A stretch of DNA of 49,455 nt from Anaerolineales bacterium (GTDB lineage Bacteria > Chloroflexota > Anaerolineae > Anaerolineales > E44-bin32): assembly GCA_004376465.1 (NCBI GenBank), contig SOJU01000091.1, forward strand, positions 1 to 49,455, written 5' to 3'. Of the stretch, positions 47,853 through 49,455 are shown piece by piece. The notes below the pieces were generated by a model. The model did no database searches. It was not told where the DNA came from and saw only the letters and a program-made list of their open reading frames with translations. The translations under genes and the position numbers were made by a program. The stretch's first letter is position 1. Each line of letters begins with the position of its first letter.

Positions 47853-48161
47853 TTAAATCTTAATCTCAATATCGACACCGGCTGGAAGATTCAAACGCAT
47901 TAGTGTATCGATCGTCTTCGTATCTGGGTCCAAGACATCAATCAAGCGCTTGTGAGTCCTAATCTCAAAATGCTCATGTGAGTCCTTATCGATGAATGTC
48001 GATCGACGGACTGTGAAGCGCTCAATTCTTGTTGGCAGAGGGACTGGCCCGACTACTTTAGCGCCTGTGCGCTCGGCGGTTTCAACAATTCGTTTCGCCG
48101 ATTGGTCGAGCACTCGATGGTCATATGCCTTAAGCCGGATACGAATCTTCTGTTTTGCCAT
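47853..48161 (-). CDS. rpsJ: 30S ribosomal protein S10
   Basis: [29 protein letters not shown]. Confidence 0.95.
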   Translation of the reverse strand: MAKQKIRIRLKAYDHRVLDQSAKRIVETAERTGAKVVGPVPLPTRIERFTVRRSTFIDKDSHEHFEIRTHKRLIDVLDPDTKTIDTLMRLNLPAGVDIEIKI

Positions 48162-48168
48162 TACTCAC

Positions 48169-49371
<1,203 letters not shown>

Positions 49372-49418
49372 GATCTTTATCTCCTCGTTCTTTCTAAAAG
49401 AATTCTTTCGGCAATTAG

Positions 49419-49455
49419 AGCCCTCAAGGGGAATTGAACCCCTGACCCCGTTCTT
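49419..49455 (-). tRNA. Partial tRNA (3' half only, identity undetermined)
   Basis: The reverse complement ends ...GGGTC-AGGGG-TTCAATT-CCCCT-TGAGGGC-T, giving variable loop, T arm, acceptor 3' strand and discriminator. The anticodon lies just beyond the window edge. Confidence 0.7.

Overview
The window has three parts. (1) Positions 1 to about 7100 are a visibly A+T-richer accessory island that ends at the 3' end of a tRNA-Arg(TCT) gene. It carries a wHTH-nucleotidyltransferase/HEPN toxin-antitoxin pair, two tandem tyrosine-recombinase paralogs about 80% identical, a minus-strand AAA ATPase (DUF234 type) and a decayed non-coding stretch. Five or six direct copies of one att-like repeat separate these modules. 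I consider this the most unusual structure in the window. (2) Positions 7.2-31.3 kb look like core genome: a two-gene operon of unknown function, cell-wall hydrolases, two receiver-only response regulators, a nitroreductase, tRNA-Lys(CTT), proline dehydrogenase, SDRs, a cupin/UbiA-like/MoeA/MoeA-PBP cluster, Bcp, an ABC-2 exporter, a GNAT, hemolysin III, a phosphoesterase lipoprotein and a methylase-MazG fusion. (3) Positions 31.4-49.4 kb hold the minus-strand ribosomal supercluster, read in transcription order as partial tRNA, tuf, S10 genes, spc genes, secY, map, rpmJ, alpha-operon genes, truA, rplM and rpsI. Oddities in this cluster are an internal 47-codon adk remnant between secY and map, no infA, structured long spacers, and a tuf gene whose codon usage differs sharply from its neighbours. 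I saw no rRNA, CRISPR array or transposase. All calls come from reading the sequence and ORF translations by eye; nothing was searched against a database.
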